From positions 20,274,001-20,338,000 of the forward strand of contig NC_092400.1 of assembly GCF_030028105.1 (NCBI RefSeq): DNA of 64,000 nt, given 5' to 3'. Origin of the DNA: Mobula birostris. Lineage: Eukaryota. The notes beneath the pieces were generated by a model that did not search any database, had not been told where the DNA came from, and worked only from the letters and a program-made list of their open reading frames with translations. This document shows positions 1 through 14,206 of this stretch, piece by piece. Within the stretch, counting starts at the first letter, position 1; each line of letters begins with the position of its first letter. Position numbers and translations under genes: made by a program.

Positions 1-3000
1 TCTCCTTTAAGCCATTTTATTGCTGTAGCAGTTTCAGGAAGTGCAGAGGTAGTTGACATTACTGCATTTGCCATATATTTGAAAATTATATGCAAGACCT
101 ATTTTTGCTTTATGTATATATTTAGAATATAATAAGGAAACAGATAGGATGTTAATAGCTATGTTTCTTGCTAAAAATATGATGGTAAAACTATTCATCT
201 TTAACTCTTACATTATTTCCATATTTGTTCTGAGCCTAATAAACCAAATTAATTGTAGAAATTGTTTGTGTCACTAATAGTTCTGTCTGTCAAAATCATA
301 AAAGCATGAATATAACAAGGCAGACAAAACAAGTGGCAAATGCAGTTATAAAAACTCCAAGATTAATTTGGAATTTCAGTATTTTAAAATACAAATCGGT
401 TTTGATTCAAATGGAAAACTAATCCAAAATGAATTGAATTTTGAAATTAAAATTAATTATATATTTTTAAACAGATTGGATTTATTTTAAAACTGAGGAA
501 TATTAGATAGAGCTGCAGAGTTTTTTTTTTCCTCACTTGGAATGTGCCAGCTTAGTAATGCTCTTTCAAATTTGATGGTTTTTGGATTTTAAATTTGAAC
601 TCCTATAGTCTACCTTTTCAGAGCACCATCTGAGACAGCAGTGTCCTGAATGGATCTTTAAATGTAAGGCTAATCTGAAAAACCAATTACGTATTTATAG
701 TGCAACAGGACATTTGACTCAAGTGGTGAATAGCAGTGTTTTCCATTGCTAGCTCAGCTGGACTTCTAAGATTGCATATTATTTGGAGAGGCAATCTAGC
801 TATTATTCCTCTCTGATCAAACACTGCAGTTACGTTGAACAACGTTTATTAGTATTTGAAACTGTGCTTATGCAAAGTAGGCTCCCTTGTCAGTTATACC
901 ATTTGTCAATTATTATTTGTGCATTCATTAATGAATGTTCAACTTCTCTGTGTACACTTACTTTAATCTTAATATTTCTGATGAGGGAACTGCCTTTATC
1001 CTAGAAACTTTTCTACTCGTAGAAAAGGTTCAAGCTATTCTGGAAAATGTTATCTGTTTCCAAATTATTGTTATTTTTCAACAGTAAAACAGAATTCACT
1101 CTTGATCCTTCTAATGTTTCTCCTCATAATTATTCTCCCACCACTCCTGTGTTCTCTTGTGTGTTCTGACACTTTGACATCAATTCTTAAAGCAGTCTTC
1201 AAAACCTGACAAACTCCATGGCAAGACCAGCTTAATCAAATGTATTATACCACATTTCTCTGCTCCCCACTGCTACCATAAAACACTATTGGTCTTGTCT
1301 CAATCTGTCTAGAGTCATTTTGATTATTGAACTGAAACCTTGTGGCACTACTCATCCAGTGAATGTGAATTTTTGACTTTCCAAAATGTTAGTTTCATCT
1401 CGCAACAGTGAATTGCATCTAGCACAATAACTCTCATTTTTTTTTTGAGTCCTAAAATTAAAGTGTATAGATGCTGGAAATACAAGTTTGTGCAATATTT
1501 TGACATTGTTTCTAGTTGACTGACTTTTCAAAATGTATCTAGCAATGAAACCTGAATCCAACTGATATTATTACTGGAACTCAGTTTCCTGACCATGGTC
1601 TGCTACATGCTGCTGCATTTCCAATTGTACTTCTCTATTTTTCTAAAAGCAGGCCTTTTGAAAACTCTCATGCTGCACCCACTTCATTTTTACCTAATTG
1701 CCTTACATAAAAAAACGTCAAGTTGGACATGACTATTTAGTGAATCTGTTGTCTGTCCTTGTTTGATTCAGCCACTTCCAAATGCTTTTTAAAATTTGAC
1801 CCTGAACTAAGGATTCTAAGAGGTATCAGGCTGTCCTTGGTTAACTGATTTATTTTCTGTCCTTGAACTTTGAATTGAGCCCAGAGCTTTCTTTTGTACT
1901 ACTACCTTGCGTACAGCAGGGAGTATTCTATTTCCTCTATGCATTCTTTCCTACCATTTGTGGACTCTGCTATTTATCTCCTCTGTATAATTTTTAACCT
2001 GAGTTTTTTTCATGTTATCTATTTAAGAAATCTTATTTCTAGATTTGAAAGCAGTGACCAAATGAGTGAGGGACATGGTTAACCAAGGTAGTTGTGATGT
2101 ATTAAAGAATACTTCTATTAGGTAAAATCTTCTAGCGATAAGTTTTATCGCAGGACATTGAAAAGATGGTTAAGATTACTTCAAATTACAATGTATAAAC
2201 TATCGTGAATTTACTCAGTACCAATAGCAGCAGGTAGTCTACAAATCAGAACTAGTCATTACTTCCAACAATGCCTTATTATTGTAGTCTTATTAATCTT
2301 ATAGCAGCCAGGATTTTTTTTTAGAATAATCCTATGGGAGAGTGTTTGCCCATGGATTAAAAATGCCAAGATTAAGCTAAGCATACATTTGGAAGAACAT
2401 TTGGTACATTGAGAGACAGTAGATAGGATCACCACAATTTCAGTTAATCATGCATTTCTCCTCCTCCTGTTGATCAGTGCCTTTAGTTTAACAGACCAAC
2501 TGTTGAGATCTCCCTCCCCAAAACCAGTCACAGCCCTCAAGATCTTTAAACCTCACCTTTTTGGCCGAACAGTTTGGTTATTTCTCCTTTCACATGCTCT
2601 TTATCTTCAGTACATAAATTAAGTACCTTGAGATATTTTCCATATTAAAAATTCATCATATGCAAGTTCATTATTTTTATTCTATTCCAGCGGGATTAAA
2701 GTGTAAGGATTATGCTTATATTTGCTCAAATAAAATGGGTACATTTAATTAAGTCTTAAAAGTTAAATTTACAAAGCCAGCTCCGGTTTATATTTTTTTA
2801 AAAAATGCATCTACATGCAGCAAATGTATTTACAATTATCAAGTGTAAGGGACTAAAGTGACTGTTACTCTGGACACTCGTGCATGTAACCTTATGAAAT
2901 TTACCTGGATAATGAGGAATAAAGCTTTTGTTGCAAGGACTGCTGTATGTAAGCATTTACTTATCGGTATTAGCGAGAGCTCTCCAATTATTATTGGCTA

Positions 3001-3569
3001 GCCAGTTGCATTTTAATCACATGGGTTCCTACGAATTTGTTTAATACATACAGCCAGTTTATCCTCATGGTTCAGCTGAACATGACTGGCTTCAACTCCA
3101 CTTTGCCTGAATTCCATAACCCTCTATTTCCCTTATAATTCAAACCACCTTAACTTTAAGGAAAATATTAAATGGATTTCATCCTAAGACCATGCTCTTC
3201 TTGATTGCCCCTACCAAGAAACCAACTTCATTTACCCTGTCAAGCCAACTGAAAATTGGCAGAAAATATAGGCCAAATATTCTTCATAGGTCAATCACAT
3301 CATTCTGGAAGTCCACCCAGTGAACCTCTGCTGTGATGCCTTCGTGGCAAGTATATCCTTTCTTAAATGAGACAAAACAAACTTCAAGTCTTACACTTTT
3401 AGCAACTTTGCTACTTACTCCAACCTGTTTGCAATAAGAGCAACTTTCTAAGAGTGTACCTATATGTCAATAATTTTTCTGTATAAAGGTTTGTCGATTC
3501 TCTGATCACCAAGTCTTACACTTCCATATTCTGCTTTTTGATTCTTCCTACCAAGGTTGGGTTTGGAGT

Positions 3570-3790
3570 TGTGTATTGTTTTGTGGCAGCAATATAGTGA
3601 AGGCATAACAAATTACTAAAAGTTACAATTTCAATAAATAGTACAAAAGGAATAATGAGGTAGTGTTCATGGACCGTTCAAAAATCTGATGGCGAAGGAG
3701 TAGAAGCTATTCCTGAAACAATGAGTGTGCGTCTTCGGGCTCCTGTACCTCCTCCCTGATGGTGGTAACGAGATGAGGGCATGTCCCAAA
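3570..3790 (-). mobile_element. Rex1/Babar-like LINE 3' fragment
   Basis: rc encodes ...[21 protein letters not shown]-like RT C-terminus; similar to copies at 39.9 kb and 54.9 kb. Confidence 0.7.
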
Positions 3791-4204
3791 CAAAATCACT
3801 AACTTCCTCAGGTTATACCACTCCTTGGTCCATTGTGCAGAACTCATTTGCGGTCTGTCTCCTGATAGGTTAACTTCTTTGTATCATCAGCAAACCAGGC
3901 TACAAAATACTTAGTCCATTCATTCAAGCCATGTAGTTGTAAGTAGCTATGGCCAGAATATTAATTCCTGTGGCAACCCAATAGCCATAGCTTGTCATTT
4001 TGAAATTGACCCATGTTTCAGTACGCTGTATTGTCACCTACCCAATCCTCTTATTAATGTTAATACCTAACCTTATATTACCATGAACCTTTGTGCAGTA
4101 ATGTTTTATGTAACAACTTACTAAGTATAAATGTACCACATTGACTGGTTTCCTTCTGTTCATGGTGATTTTACCTAAATAAATTGGCAGAAAGGATTTC
4201 CCTT

Positions 4205-5330
4205 TCATAAGAATAGAATATCTTTATTGTCATTGTTGTGGAGCAATGAGACACAGTTTAGCAGCTCAATGTTTTGCAGCATGACAAAGAATATATACAT
4301 AAAATAAACTCTAAAACATCAGGAGTGCAGTCCAAAATTAATAATATACGGATGGGGGGGGGGGTAGGACTATTGCACACCTGCCATTCCTGGAAGTGTG
4401 ATGCATTTCGCTACCGCCGTCTTAGGAGGGAGGCAGGAGAAGGGAAGGGGGTGTTATACATTTCACTGCTTATGGGTAGAAGCTGTTAAGGAGTTTCTTT
4501 GTTTTCGTCCTTAATGCTCTGTATCTCTTCCCAGAAGGTAGAGGGGAAAACAGGTGATGTCCAGGGTGAGTGGGATCCTTTGAAATACAAGTAGCCTTCT
4601 TTTGAAGTCTGCCAGTATAAATGTCTCTGAGGGAGGGTAATGTTGTGCCAATAACCCGCTCTGCTACCCTCACCACCCGCTTCAAGTCCTTCCTGTTCTG
4701 TTCTGTGCAGCTGGCAAACCACACTGCACAGCAATACGTCAGGAGGCTCTCTACAGTTGTCCGATAGAAGTTGGTCAGCAGGTGATGAGGGAGGAAAGCG
4801 TGCTTTAGCTTCCTTAGGAAGTAGAGCCTCTGTTGGGCCTTCCGCACCTGATAAGAGATATGGGCAGTCCAGGTGAGGTCAGCCGAGATGTGGACGCTGA
4901 GGAACTTGAAACTCTCTACTCTCTCCACCTCGTTCCCATATATGTGCAGAGCAGAGTGCTCGACACGCTTTGATTTCCTGAAGTCTACTATCAGCTCCTT
5001 GGTTTTTGTGATGTTCAAGTCCAGGTTATTATGACAACACCATTCTGTCAAATGCTGTACCTCCTCCCCATAGGCTGTCTCATCACAGTCTGATATGATG
5101 CCTATAAAGGTGGTATCGTCAGCAAATTTGACAATGGTGTTGGTGGAGTGAATGGTAGAGCAGTCATGGGTGAAAAGAGAATAGAGGATGGGGCTAAGAA
5201 CACACCCCTGTGGTGTACCGGTGTTCAGGATGAGAGTAGATGATGTGTGTTCTCCCATCCTGATACTTTGATACCTTGGAGTCTGTTACTCAGAAAATCC
5301 AGTACCCATGAGCACAGTGAATCACAATGA
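4205..5330 (-). mobile_element. Rex1/Babar-like non-LTR retrotransposon, 5'-truncated (RT C-terminal ORF 4470-5258)
   Basis: GTPQGCVLSP, KFADDT, KAQQRLYFLRKL and LPSGKRYR motifs; short (TTCTA)n tail near 4210. Confidence 0.88.
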
Positions 5331-6740
5331 CTCTAATTGTAATATATTCTAACGTCTTGTTACCACTTTCTCAATAATAGACTGAAGTATTTTTGCCACT
5401 TATTTTATAAAACACTCTTTAAAAAGAGTTGACATGCCTGGTCACACTTTGTATTCTGGTAATAACCCTGTAAGTTCTTCATGCTCAAGTAGCTCTCCGA
5501 CCCTCTTAAAATTATGGAATCAGCTTTCACCAACCTTCAAGAATAACAACACACTTTTCCTTTAGAACTTCCTGTCAATTATTTTAAATTATTGACTCAT
5601 TTACCAGAAGAAGTAATTTACTGGGGGGGGGGGGGTGAGAGAAAGAGAAGAGAAGAGACTTCAATTAGGTCATTTTTTAGTAATTTACCTATAATCCTAA
5701 TGCCAATAATTTCCTTTCTTTTCCTATATCCCAAGATGTGCTTGCATAGTAAATCTTAGAACCTTAAGGATTCCAATTTTTTAACATCTTTCTTGAAAGA
5801 CAAAGTCTAAAATTGTAACCAGTGATTCCTGTTGGTCTGGCATCCTTTCCTGCTCCATTCATATTTCTAAGTAACCCAAATGTGCTTTTTTTTTAAACCC
5901 AAGATACCTACATCCCTCCAATCTTTAAATACTCCAAATTTCCTCTGCCTATGACTTTACAAAAATCAAACCATTTACACTATACAAATCTTGTTTTAGA
6001 ATGAAAATACCCAAAACACTACAATTCCCACACTTGTTAAAAATCAGGTAAAGTAAATCATAAAACATTGGAAAGTTCTAACAGGTGTTCACTGCAATAT
6101 TATTTGTTACACAATTTCTGAACTTCATATTCACATGGTCATAGCATCAACTGAGGAAGGGGCTGTATTGTTACATATAGTTTGAGTATTAGCATTCATA
6201 CTTAAATAAAAATTTCAGATACCTGTCAACAACTCTCACTTCATGAATAACTTCAATAGAGCCCAGTTGATATTAGCATTTTATTTGCACTTTTTTTAAA
6301 TCAGCTAAATCTTTGCCAAACCTTTATTAATCTAAAAGCTTTCAATTAATTCTCGCTTTTATACAATTTAGAAAATAATGTTTAAACACCAGAAATGTAA
6401 ATCCTGTAACTAACATAATCAAACTAATTTCATATTAGCGTTCCAATACCAGTTACAGGAGCGGGATTTTTATCATTAATACGAGCAAGGATGTGTAAGT
6501 AGCATTAAATGATAACGTACTCTGATCCAACATATGCGATATGAGAGCATTAAATGAGAATCAAGACACAGCTTTAAACTTACCAAGGATAGCAGCTTTT
6601 TTTGTTAACTGAACACTGTTTAGGCACCAGATTTTGCAGATACAATTATTAAGACCAGCCATTAAGTAGAAGCTTTCAAGTAAACAACATATCAAGCAGT
6701 CAACTTTCAAACGAAAATCTCTTCAGAATGACACTGTTCT

Positions 6741-6746
6741 TTTATT
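6741..6746 (-). terminator. Candidate ARPC3 polyadenylation signal AATAAA
   Basis: tttatt on + strand about 100 nt downstream of the stop; further candidates near 6280 and 6323. Confidence 0.5.
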
Positions 6747-6841
6747 ATATCCAAACCCAGTATAAAATCTTACAAGACAAGATAAAAACTTTGTACATCT
6801 TGCTGCGTGACATATTTGCATGACGTTTTGCATTTATAACA

Positions 6842-6904
6842 TTACTGTCCTGGTGCTGATAAGCTCTTGTTCATGAATTGCTTCTTTATAAAGCACGTCC
6901 ACCA
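6842..6904 (-). CDS. ARPC3: ARPC3 exon 7 (stop TAA)
   Basis: [20 protein letters not shown]. Confidence 0.96.
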   Translation of the reverse strand, partial: WWTCFIKKQFMNKSLSAPGQ

Positions 6905-9900
6905 CTGGAAAAATCAAGAACAAAAAAATCACTGATGTAACATTAAATCACGGTGCATATAATCATATCTGAATTATTTCTGCACTGTTCTAAAGTCTAC
7001 CATACTATCCAATCCAAATTTCAACTTAATGTCAATTTTCCGCCATTACCTTCTAATCCAGAACCTGGAGTAAGTTTCAGTACTTATTACTCATTTCCCT
7101 CCTGAAAGTCACTTGCAAGTTTTCATTTAAAATTCTTTCATGGGATTTTGGCTTTGCAGGCTGAGTCAGCACCTTTGAGGTGGTGGCGGTGGTGAGCTGC
7201 CTTCCTGAACAGCTGCAGATCTTGAGGTCTAGCGAACCCTTAATGCTGTCAGGGTGAGTGTTTCAGCACTTTCACCCAGAAGGAACAGGGATGTTTCCAA
7301 GTTAGGGCTTGGGGGCAACTCTAGGTGGTGGTACTCCCATGTCTATGCTGCCCTTGTCCTTCCAGCTGGTAGAGATCATGTATTTGAAACGTCCTGTAGG
7401 CCATCAAACCTGGCATCTCTGCCTCAGGGACGTCACAAGTATATTCCATAACATAAATAATTCATTTTGCACTCATGATCTTAAAATCGGATTGAAGGAG
7501 ACGAAGATAATCTGAACCAGCTGTACAATGTGTAAGCCAAGCAATCCAAAGCAGCAAAAATAAAACTGGAAACTTGCATCAAAACTGATTTTAATTCTAA
7601 TCCAAATTCAATGCTCTAATTTTAATCAATCCAAAAGTGTTAAAGTATTATTGATTCTTAAGATTCAAGGTTGCTTAATGTCATTTCCAGTACACAAGTG
7701 TAAAGGAGAACAATATCATTGTTACTCCACATACAATTTTGCGTGCGCACACACATACACATATTAAGATAAACAACACAATAATAACAAAAACACAGTA
7801 AATACAAACAATAAGCTATCCTTTTGTATATACATGTACACAAGGTCCTGGCTTGGATGCTATGTTGCCTCTTCCTTGATAGGAATAGAACATGCAGTCC
7901 ATCAGTAGGGCGGCTGGGCCCTTTCACAACACTGCCAGCCTTTCTCCAGCATCTTTCTGTACACATGTCCTGGTAGGGAGGATGTGGTGTTGGTGATGTG
8001 TCCGGCAGCTTTGAGTACTTGTAGTAAATTCTCCCTGTCCAATGCAGTGCAGTTTCCATGCCCTGCAGTGATGCAGCATATTAGGATGCTCTCTACTGCG
8101 CATCTGTAGCAGGTTGCAAGTAGTGATGAGCATAATCCAGCTCTCTTCAGCCTCCTGAGAAAGCAGAGGCATTGGTAAGCTTTCTTGATTATGCAGGATG
8201 TGTTTTGGGACCATGAGAGGTTGTGCAAAATGTGCACTCCCAGGAGAGTGAAACAGCTCGCAGTTTCCACGGTTGTACCGCTCATGTAAAGAGGGGTGTG
8301 GGTGCTACGGGTTCTCCTGCAGTTGATAAACATCTCCTTTGACACTGAGGAAGAGGGTATTTGCCTGGCACCAGCCCTCGAGCTCTGCCACCTCCTCTTA
8401 AAGTTTCAATACTGCAATTTCCAACAAAATTCATCAACGTCTTAGATAATGTTTGCAAAGATTCTTACAAATAATTTAATTTTTAGTGCACGGAAAACCA
8501 GCACTACACGGTGATCCCAGGTGACACCTTTGGGCTCTGCTTACTGCAGATAACTTCAGCCTGGATTTGCTGGAGGAACCAGGGTGGCAGTGTGTGATAA
8601 GCTGTTGCTAGAAGGGCCAGGTTTAATAGCTTATATTTATGCAGCTAAGTGACTGACTATCACTAGAGAAATAAGTAACAAGTACCGAAACTGTAACCCA
8701 TGCAATAGCAAAAATCACAGACAAAAAAAATTAGGTCTGGATGGTGTGGCAGATTTTGGACCACTGCAGGCAATTTTTACATAAAACACAGATAAAATGC
8801 CATGTTTTAAGTTGTTGTAAGACAACAGCAATACACTTGCATGCCAGACAATACATTGCTCTTTAACCAAAGTACATCCCCAGATTATAAAAGGCCACTG
8901 AATTATTTGTAAGGATAATATGTAACACAGTTTGAAAAGTGCAGGCCAAAGCTTGTATGCATATGGTTGTTCCTCTCCATGTCTTGTAGCATCAGGCGGG
9001 AACCTTGCCGTTTCTTTAGCATTTGTCAGTTTTTTCTTAAAATGAGGTCAGGTTGCTAGCTCGACACTCAGTCGAGCACAAATGGAAAGCGTGCGAGGAG
9101 CTGGCTGGATTTGAACCCGGGACCACTCTCCTCGTAGTCCACTGCAGATGCCAATACACCACCAGCATATAGATATCCTTAGCACACAAAGAGATCAGTC
9201 TCATTTCAAATGAACCAGAAGACTGCAGTTAGTGGAAACATTCACAAAGTGTTGTTCTGAAAATTATTGTCAATTCCAGTAATAGCAGGGCAGAAAGCAC
9301 TTTGCTTTCACATTGTGTGCACACAACAGTACTTCGCTTAATGACATTCCCAAAAATGATAATCAATCAGCAAATGAAAAATAAAATAATTATTAGAGCC
9401 ACTAAAAATATTCTGGAAGTTATATTAAATGTTACACTCTACATAATAATTCAACAATCAAGAAAGAAATAGGTTTCTTAAAAAACTTAATTGCTCATGA
9501 TCATTCATGTATAGTATTTTGGCACTTCCCAATAATTCTTTTGACTTCATTGAATTATTAACATTTTTGGCGAATCCACTTTCAGAAGCAACACCAGTTT
9601 AATCTGAGTAATGCTAGAACTCAGGAAACAGATGTCTCTGTTCAATAAACCACCTATTCAACAGAGAAACCGCACACATTAACACTACACAAAATCTGCA
9701 AGCGGGTGTCATTTGAGAAGATAGTGAATAGGTTAAATTTAATAAACCACTGCTAGGACAGCAATGTTTAGTACTTTTCAAATAGTTATTTTGTACATTA
9801 TTTAAAGCAGGATAGTTGAAAAACTGCAGATGCTTATAAACTAGTTCAAATTTGAAAGGACAGCATGAAATTTCTGCATTGGAATGCAATTTTAAACATC

Positions 9901-12900
9901 TTGACTCACACAACTGCCACTGGTGGGTGTTATTACACTTTTGCTTTGCTTTTTTATCAACAAGGTAAATCATATGCCAATGTGTGTGTTTTAACCAACT
10001 GCTTGAAAGATTTCAGTTTAGACTCAGAGGTACACTCCTCCCAGGATAACACAGTTATTCAATATTCTTCTCCTGGCCCAAACAAAATGCAGCATGCTGT
10101 TATAAACTGAAAATTCCAGGCAAGTTTAATGATAAGACCAGGAGATTTTTTCTAGTGATGAGTCTTAATAAACATTTTAAAACCATCAGCTGTGATTAAA
10201 CTTTACTGGACACTATTTATTGTTTTAATGTGGTTATAAGAGAATGAAGTCCTTTCTTAAAAGTCACAACTAGATCCCTTACCTTGCTGGGCTTGTCAGT
10301 CTGTTGATCAAATACTTTTTCACAAAGTCTCAGTCCAGTTTCTTGCCTGATCTGCTGCAAGTAAGCCCTCATCATTTCTGTAAAAGTAACCAGAATTTTC
10401 AGGATCTGGAACAAATCTGTTCTCAGGACTTGTACTATACGGCAATAAACTGGAACAACTGTCTAGCTATTTTTAGAAGGAGCAACTTCTGCACAGGCAC
10501 AACTGATAAACCAGTACCTTCATACTGTGAAATAATTTCTAAATCCCAATGAGGTGTAGTTAGACTATTCAAAGCATTTTAAATATAATTTTGATCAACT
10601 TCATTACTAATATCGTTTCCACGTACCATCTTCCTGCTTGTGTCCAGGCTTTGCATACATAGCATTGAGGGGAAACCCTGGCTCTCCAGGAATGGGAAAG
10701 TTGGTTATTCCCAAGGTGTACATTTCTTTCTCCCCTTGACTTTTGGAGTTACACTATGTTGAGGGAAAATATAAAAACAAAATAATCAAGTCCTCAAAGA
10801 TAAAAATAAGTCGGACTGTTTTACATTACAAAGAAAACTATCCAACAACTTGACAACTGATTACGAAACGACATCAGCAACCACAGCGGTAAAGAGTTCC
10901 TGGGGTTGTTCTAACTTTAACCTAGATAGAAGGAAGTGATCAATTTTCAAACAAATGCCTCACAATACAGAGCCATTTCAACTTCTGTTCCGCCTAATAG
11001 AAATCACTTCCTGATGTTATGAAGCAGTTCACGAATCGCATCATCTCAAGCAGCAATACAGAAGTTAAGCTGTGTAAACTGCCCATACCTTATAAGGGCA
11101 AAGCAAAGAAAAATGAAGCACACATCAGTGCTCCCTACCTTTTGCAGCTTTTTGAGACATTCAGTGATGTAAAGGGTGATATAAATTAAGGTTCTATCAG
11201 CTTCATTCTGTAATAAAAGCACCAGAGTGTTAGATAAATATGGTGCACAGTGTTGAAATAGAAACATATAGTGTATGTATCACTGTTTAATTAATTCCTG
11301 GCTGATCTGTATTTTAACTTCATCGCCCTGCCTTAATTCAGTAGCCTTTACTTGCAATGTCTAAGGAAAACCATTCATAGTTTATGGATTCTCATTTAAT
11401 CTAATCAAGAGCTGCAGATAATTTTATTTTTATAACAACTTACTGTACTCAAGATACACATTAAACAGGACATTCTTAGTAGATATATTTACTGGTTAAA
11501 TCTCCAAAATGATTCAACACAAAATGTAAAATGACTTAGAAAGTTTTGTACTAGTTGTTAAACTAAGTAACAGAGGGTTACTCTGTATAACAAATGTACT
11601 TTGGCCTTATGGCATGTAGTCTTGTTATGTCCCTTTTCCAGTTTGTTTCTTTTTCCCTGCTTTTGATGTCCACATTGTAGAGGGTTTTTAATTTTACATC
11701 AGTAACAGAACAAGGAGAAGTCATAGTCATACTTTATTGATCCCGGGGGAAATTGGTTTTTGTTACAGTTGCACCATAAATAAAAAAATAGTAATAAAAC
11801 CATAAATAGTTAAATAGTAATATGTAAATTATGCTAGGAAATAAGTCCAGGACCAGCCTATTGGCTCAGGGTGTCTGACCCTCCAAGGGAGGAGTTGTAA
11901 AGTTTGATGGCCACAGGCAGGAATGACTTCCTATGATGCTCTGTGCTGCATCTCGGTGCAATGAGACTCTGGGCTGTATGTACTCCTGTGCCCAACCAGT
12001 ACATTATGTAGTGGATGGGAGACATTGTCCAAGATGGCATGGAACCTGGATAGCATCCTCTTTTCAGACACCAGCGTCAGAGAGTGATTCACCTTCAGGC
12101 TTCTATGCTTCTTAGGATTCTAACTTGGCTTCTTCCCACCCTGATCTCAGGAAATCATAATGAACAACAGCCAGTGCAAAACCAAATTCACTCATTTTAC
12201 ATCAAAGTGAATTCACTCTTATCATACTCTATAATTTCCATTATTCCCTTCAATACTTTGCAGATATGACAACTTTCTAAGTTGGCAAGAAGAGGAACTT
12301 ACCTTTATTTCATAGTTTTTAAAGAAAACATTTGCCTTAAAATAGTAGATAGCTTCATCAATTATATCAGTATCTTTGGCTGGAAGAGAAAAGTAGCAAT
12401 GCAACAATAATCAATAGACATGCCAGTATCCCCTAAGCCAATAATTAATCATTTTTGTCCTCCCCAACCTGAATTCTACTAAAGCAGAATACCCCAACAG
12501 CTAATTAGCATTCTCTTTATTAGCAAACTAAAGAAGAAAATATTATACTGAGAGAATACGAAAGAGTGAACACATTACTAGGATTCATAGTTTGGTTTCC
12601 ACAGTTCCATTGCCCCCTAAGAATGCAAGATATTTCCTAACCTACTTATTGCTTTAAACTGAGTGAATTTAGTACTCTTTTAAGAATATGGAACAAGTCC
12701 TCACAGGAGATGAAAACTGCATTTTTGATTACTTTTAGATTCAAAAGGCACTTGTGCACAATAATCCTTTCCAGATAATTTCTTCACCCAGGCATGCTCA
12801 CATCTTTCTAGTGAGGCTAGGAAGAACAATTTACTTCATAACCATGCCTTACTTTCTCTAAGGAAATTAGTAGAAAAGACTGCTGCTAACACCACTATTA

Positions 12901-13957
12901 CCAAGTTTAGACAGCAACAAGATTACTTGCCTTGTAGTTTCTCAAAATATTACCAATCATTGTCTTCAATTTGTTTAAATTATTAGGTTCTCCGAGAATG
13001 AAAGACTTGCACTCAATAAATGTAGCGTCATGTTCTCGATGTGTTACTACAGTAATCAATTAGTAACGCATATCTGGACAAATGCCCTGTGGCTCAGGAA
13101 CTTTAAGAGCAATACACTGCCATACATATGCTTAAAATCTATGCATGCATATAATGTTTTGTTTGTAAAAGAACAATGGTGTTTGTTGGTCAACAAATCT
13201 TTTACTATCTTAATCAGGGTGACGCCAAAGACAGATTTGTCTGCATTGCATGCAATATTTTATATATGTGGTTATAACTTCTTGTCGGTAGCTTTAATTT
13301 CCTGTTTGCAGCATGAGCGTTTAGAATTTACTGCACACTTGCCTCACCCTCACTAGGAACTACCTCAAAATAACTTTACAGTTATTAAACAGAGTTAGAT
13401 TACAACACTAACATTTAGACTGTATTCCTTAAGCACAACGCTACAAGTGCATAAGAGCACTGCACTGAATTTATGAAGTTCAAAACTTACTTTCCTTTGG
13501 AGCTGGTCCTTTGAATTGAGTTTTCAGTGGCAATAATGCCATATTTCCAATTAGTTTTACATCATGGTCCATGAGGGTTGAATGATAAGCCTGAGGAGGA
13601 AAACAACGATTTGCATTCGTCTTGAATGTTCAAAATTCATATTCCAAATTACGACACGGGAGATTTTTTTTATCGATCTCAAGACGCAGAATAACCCAAA
13701 TAAAGATGCAGGATATCAGCAGTTAATATTATGAATCTGCATTCATTCATTTCAGAGCGATAAAGGCGAAGGCACACACAAAAAAGGCTCCCAAAATAAT
13801 TTTAACATTGTTTAGGCCTCACTGGCCTACTTCCTGATCTCTCGCATTTATTTATTTGACATTTCGGTGTAACGGATTAACATACAGTCACGGCAGCTTA
13901 AATATAGGGCAATAAGCACAAATAAAACACAAAATGATATGTAAAACTTACCGGCAT
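6842..13957 (-). CDS. ARPC3: Actin-related protein 2/3 complex subunit 3 (p21-Arc), 7 coding exons, 178 aa: join complement(13952-13957,13491-13590,12303-12379,11139-11207,10627-10753,10283-10377,6842-6904)
   Basis: Spliced translation [84 protein letters not shown]...[20 protein letters not shown]; all introns GT-AG; exon sizes 6/100/77/69/127/95/63 sum to 537 nt. Confidence 0.97.
7135..7410 (-). mobile_element. Degenerate CR1/L2-type LINE 3' fragment
   Basis: ggtggtgagctgccttcctgaacagctgcag motif typical of shark LINE 3' ends. Confidence 0.5.
7655..8400 (-). mobile_element. Rex1-like LINE 3' fragment (frameshifted)
   Basis: [33 protein letters not shown]; short tandem tail near 7655. Confidence 0.82.
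8975..9166 (-). mobile_element. tRNA-derived SINE (family 2)
   Basis: rc has A box TGGTGTATTGG and B box GGTTCAAATCC; related copies at 20220-20462, 34100-34170 and 45620-45660. Confidence 0.75.
10283..10377 (-). CDS. ARPC3: ARPC3 exon 6
   Basis: [32 protein letters not shown]. Confidence 0.97.
10627..10753 (-). CDS. ARPC3: ARPC3 exon 5
   Basis: [42 protein letters not shown]. Confidence 0.97.
11139..11207 (-). CDS. ARPC3: ARPC3 exon 4
   Basis: [23 protein letters not shown]. Confidence 0.97.
11719..12085 (-). mobile_element. Rex1-like LINE 3' end
   Basis: [20 protein letters not shown] terminus, 3'UTR and (ATGACT)n tail. Confidence 0.8.
12303..12379 (-). CDS. ARPC3: ARPC3 exon 3
   Basis: [25 protein letters not shown]. 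Confidence 0.97.
13491..13590 (-). CDS. ARPC3: ARPC3 exon 2
   Basis: [33 protein letters not shown], flanked by ag/gtaag. Confidence 0.96.
13952..13957 (-). CDS. ARPC3: ARPC3 coding exon 1 (ATG CCG)
   Basis: ATGCCG followed by gtaag donor, at the edge of a CpG-rich promoter. Confidence 0.92.
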
Positions 13958-14190
13958 TTTAGAAATTTCAATAGAGCAACGAAATATTTCTGTCAGATTC
14001 TCTCGCTTCCGCTAGTCCCACCCTACCGGCTACGAGCACGTCCGGCCCCGGGAGCGAGCACGTCACTCCTACCACGTGATGCACGGAGACGCCGCTCTGC
14101 GTTTGCGCGAAGGAGAATTTTGTTCAAAATTGGCTCAGCTCGCTTTAGAATGGTTGGAGCGTTGTGTGCGTTTTATATGAAGTGCGCAGG
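13958..14190 (-). promoter_or_regulatory. ARPC3 5'UTR and CpG-rich promoter
   Basis: CpG-dense stretch in AT-rich background directly upstream of the ATG; E-box CACGTG near 14073. Confidence 0.75.
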
Positions 14191-14206
14191 TAATACTGTA
14201 CGGGTT

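Noticed and set aside
1-3500. AT-rich, repeat-poor region that could be the 3'UTR of a neighbouring gene
   Set aside because: No coding exon or diagnostic motif visible
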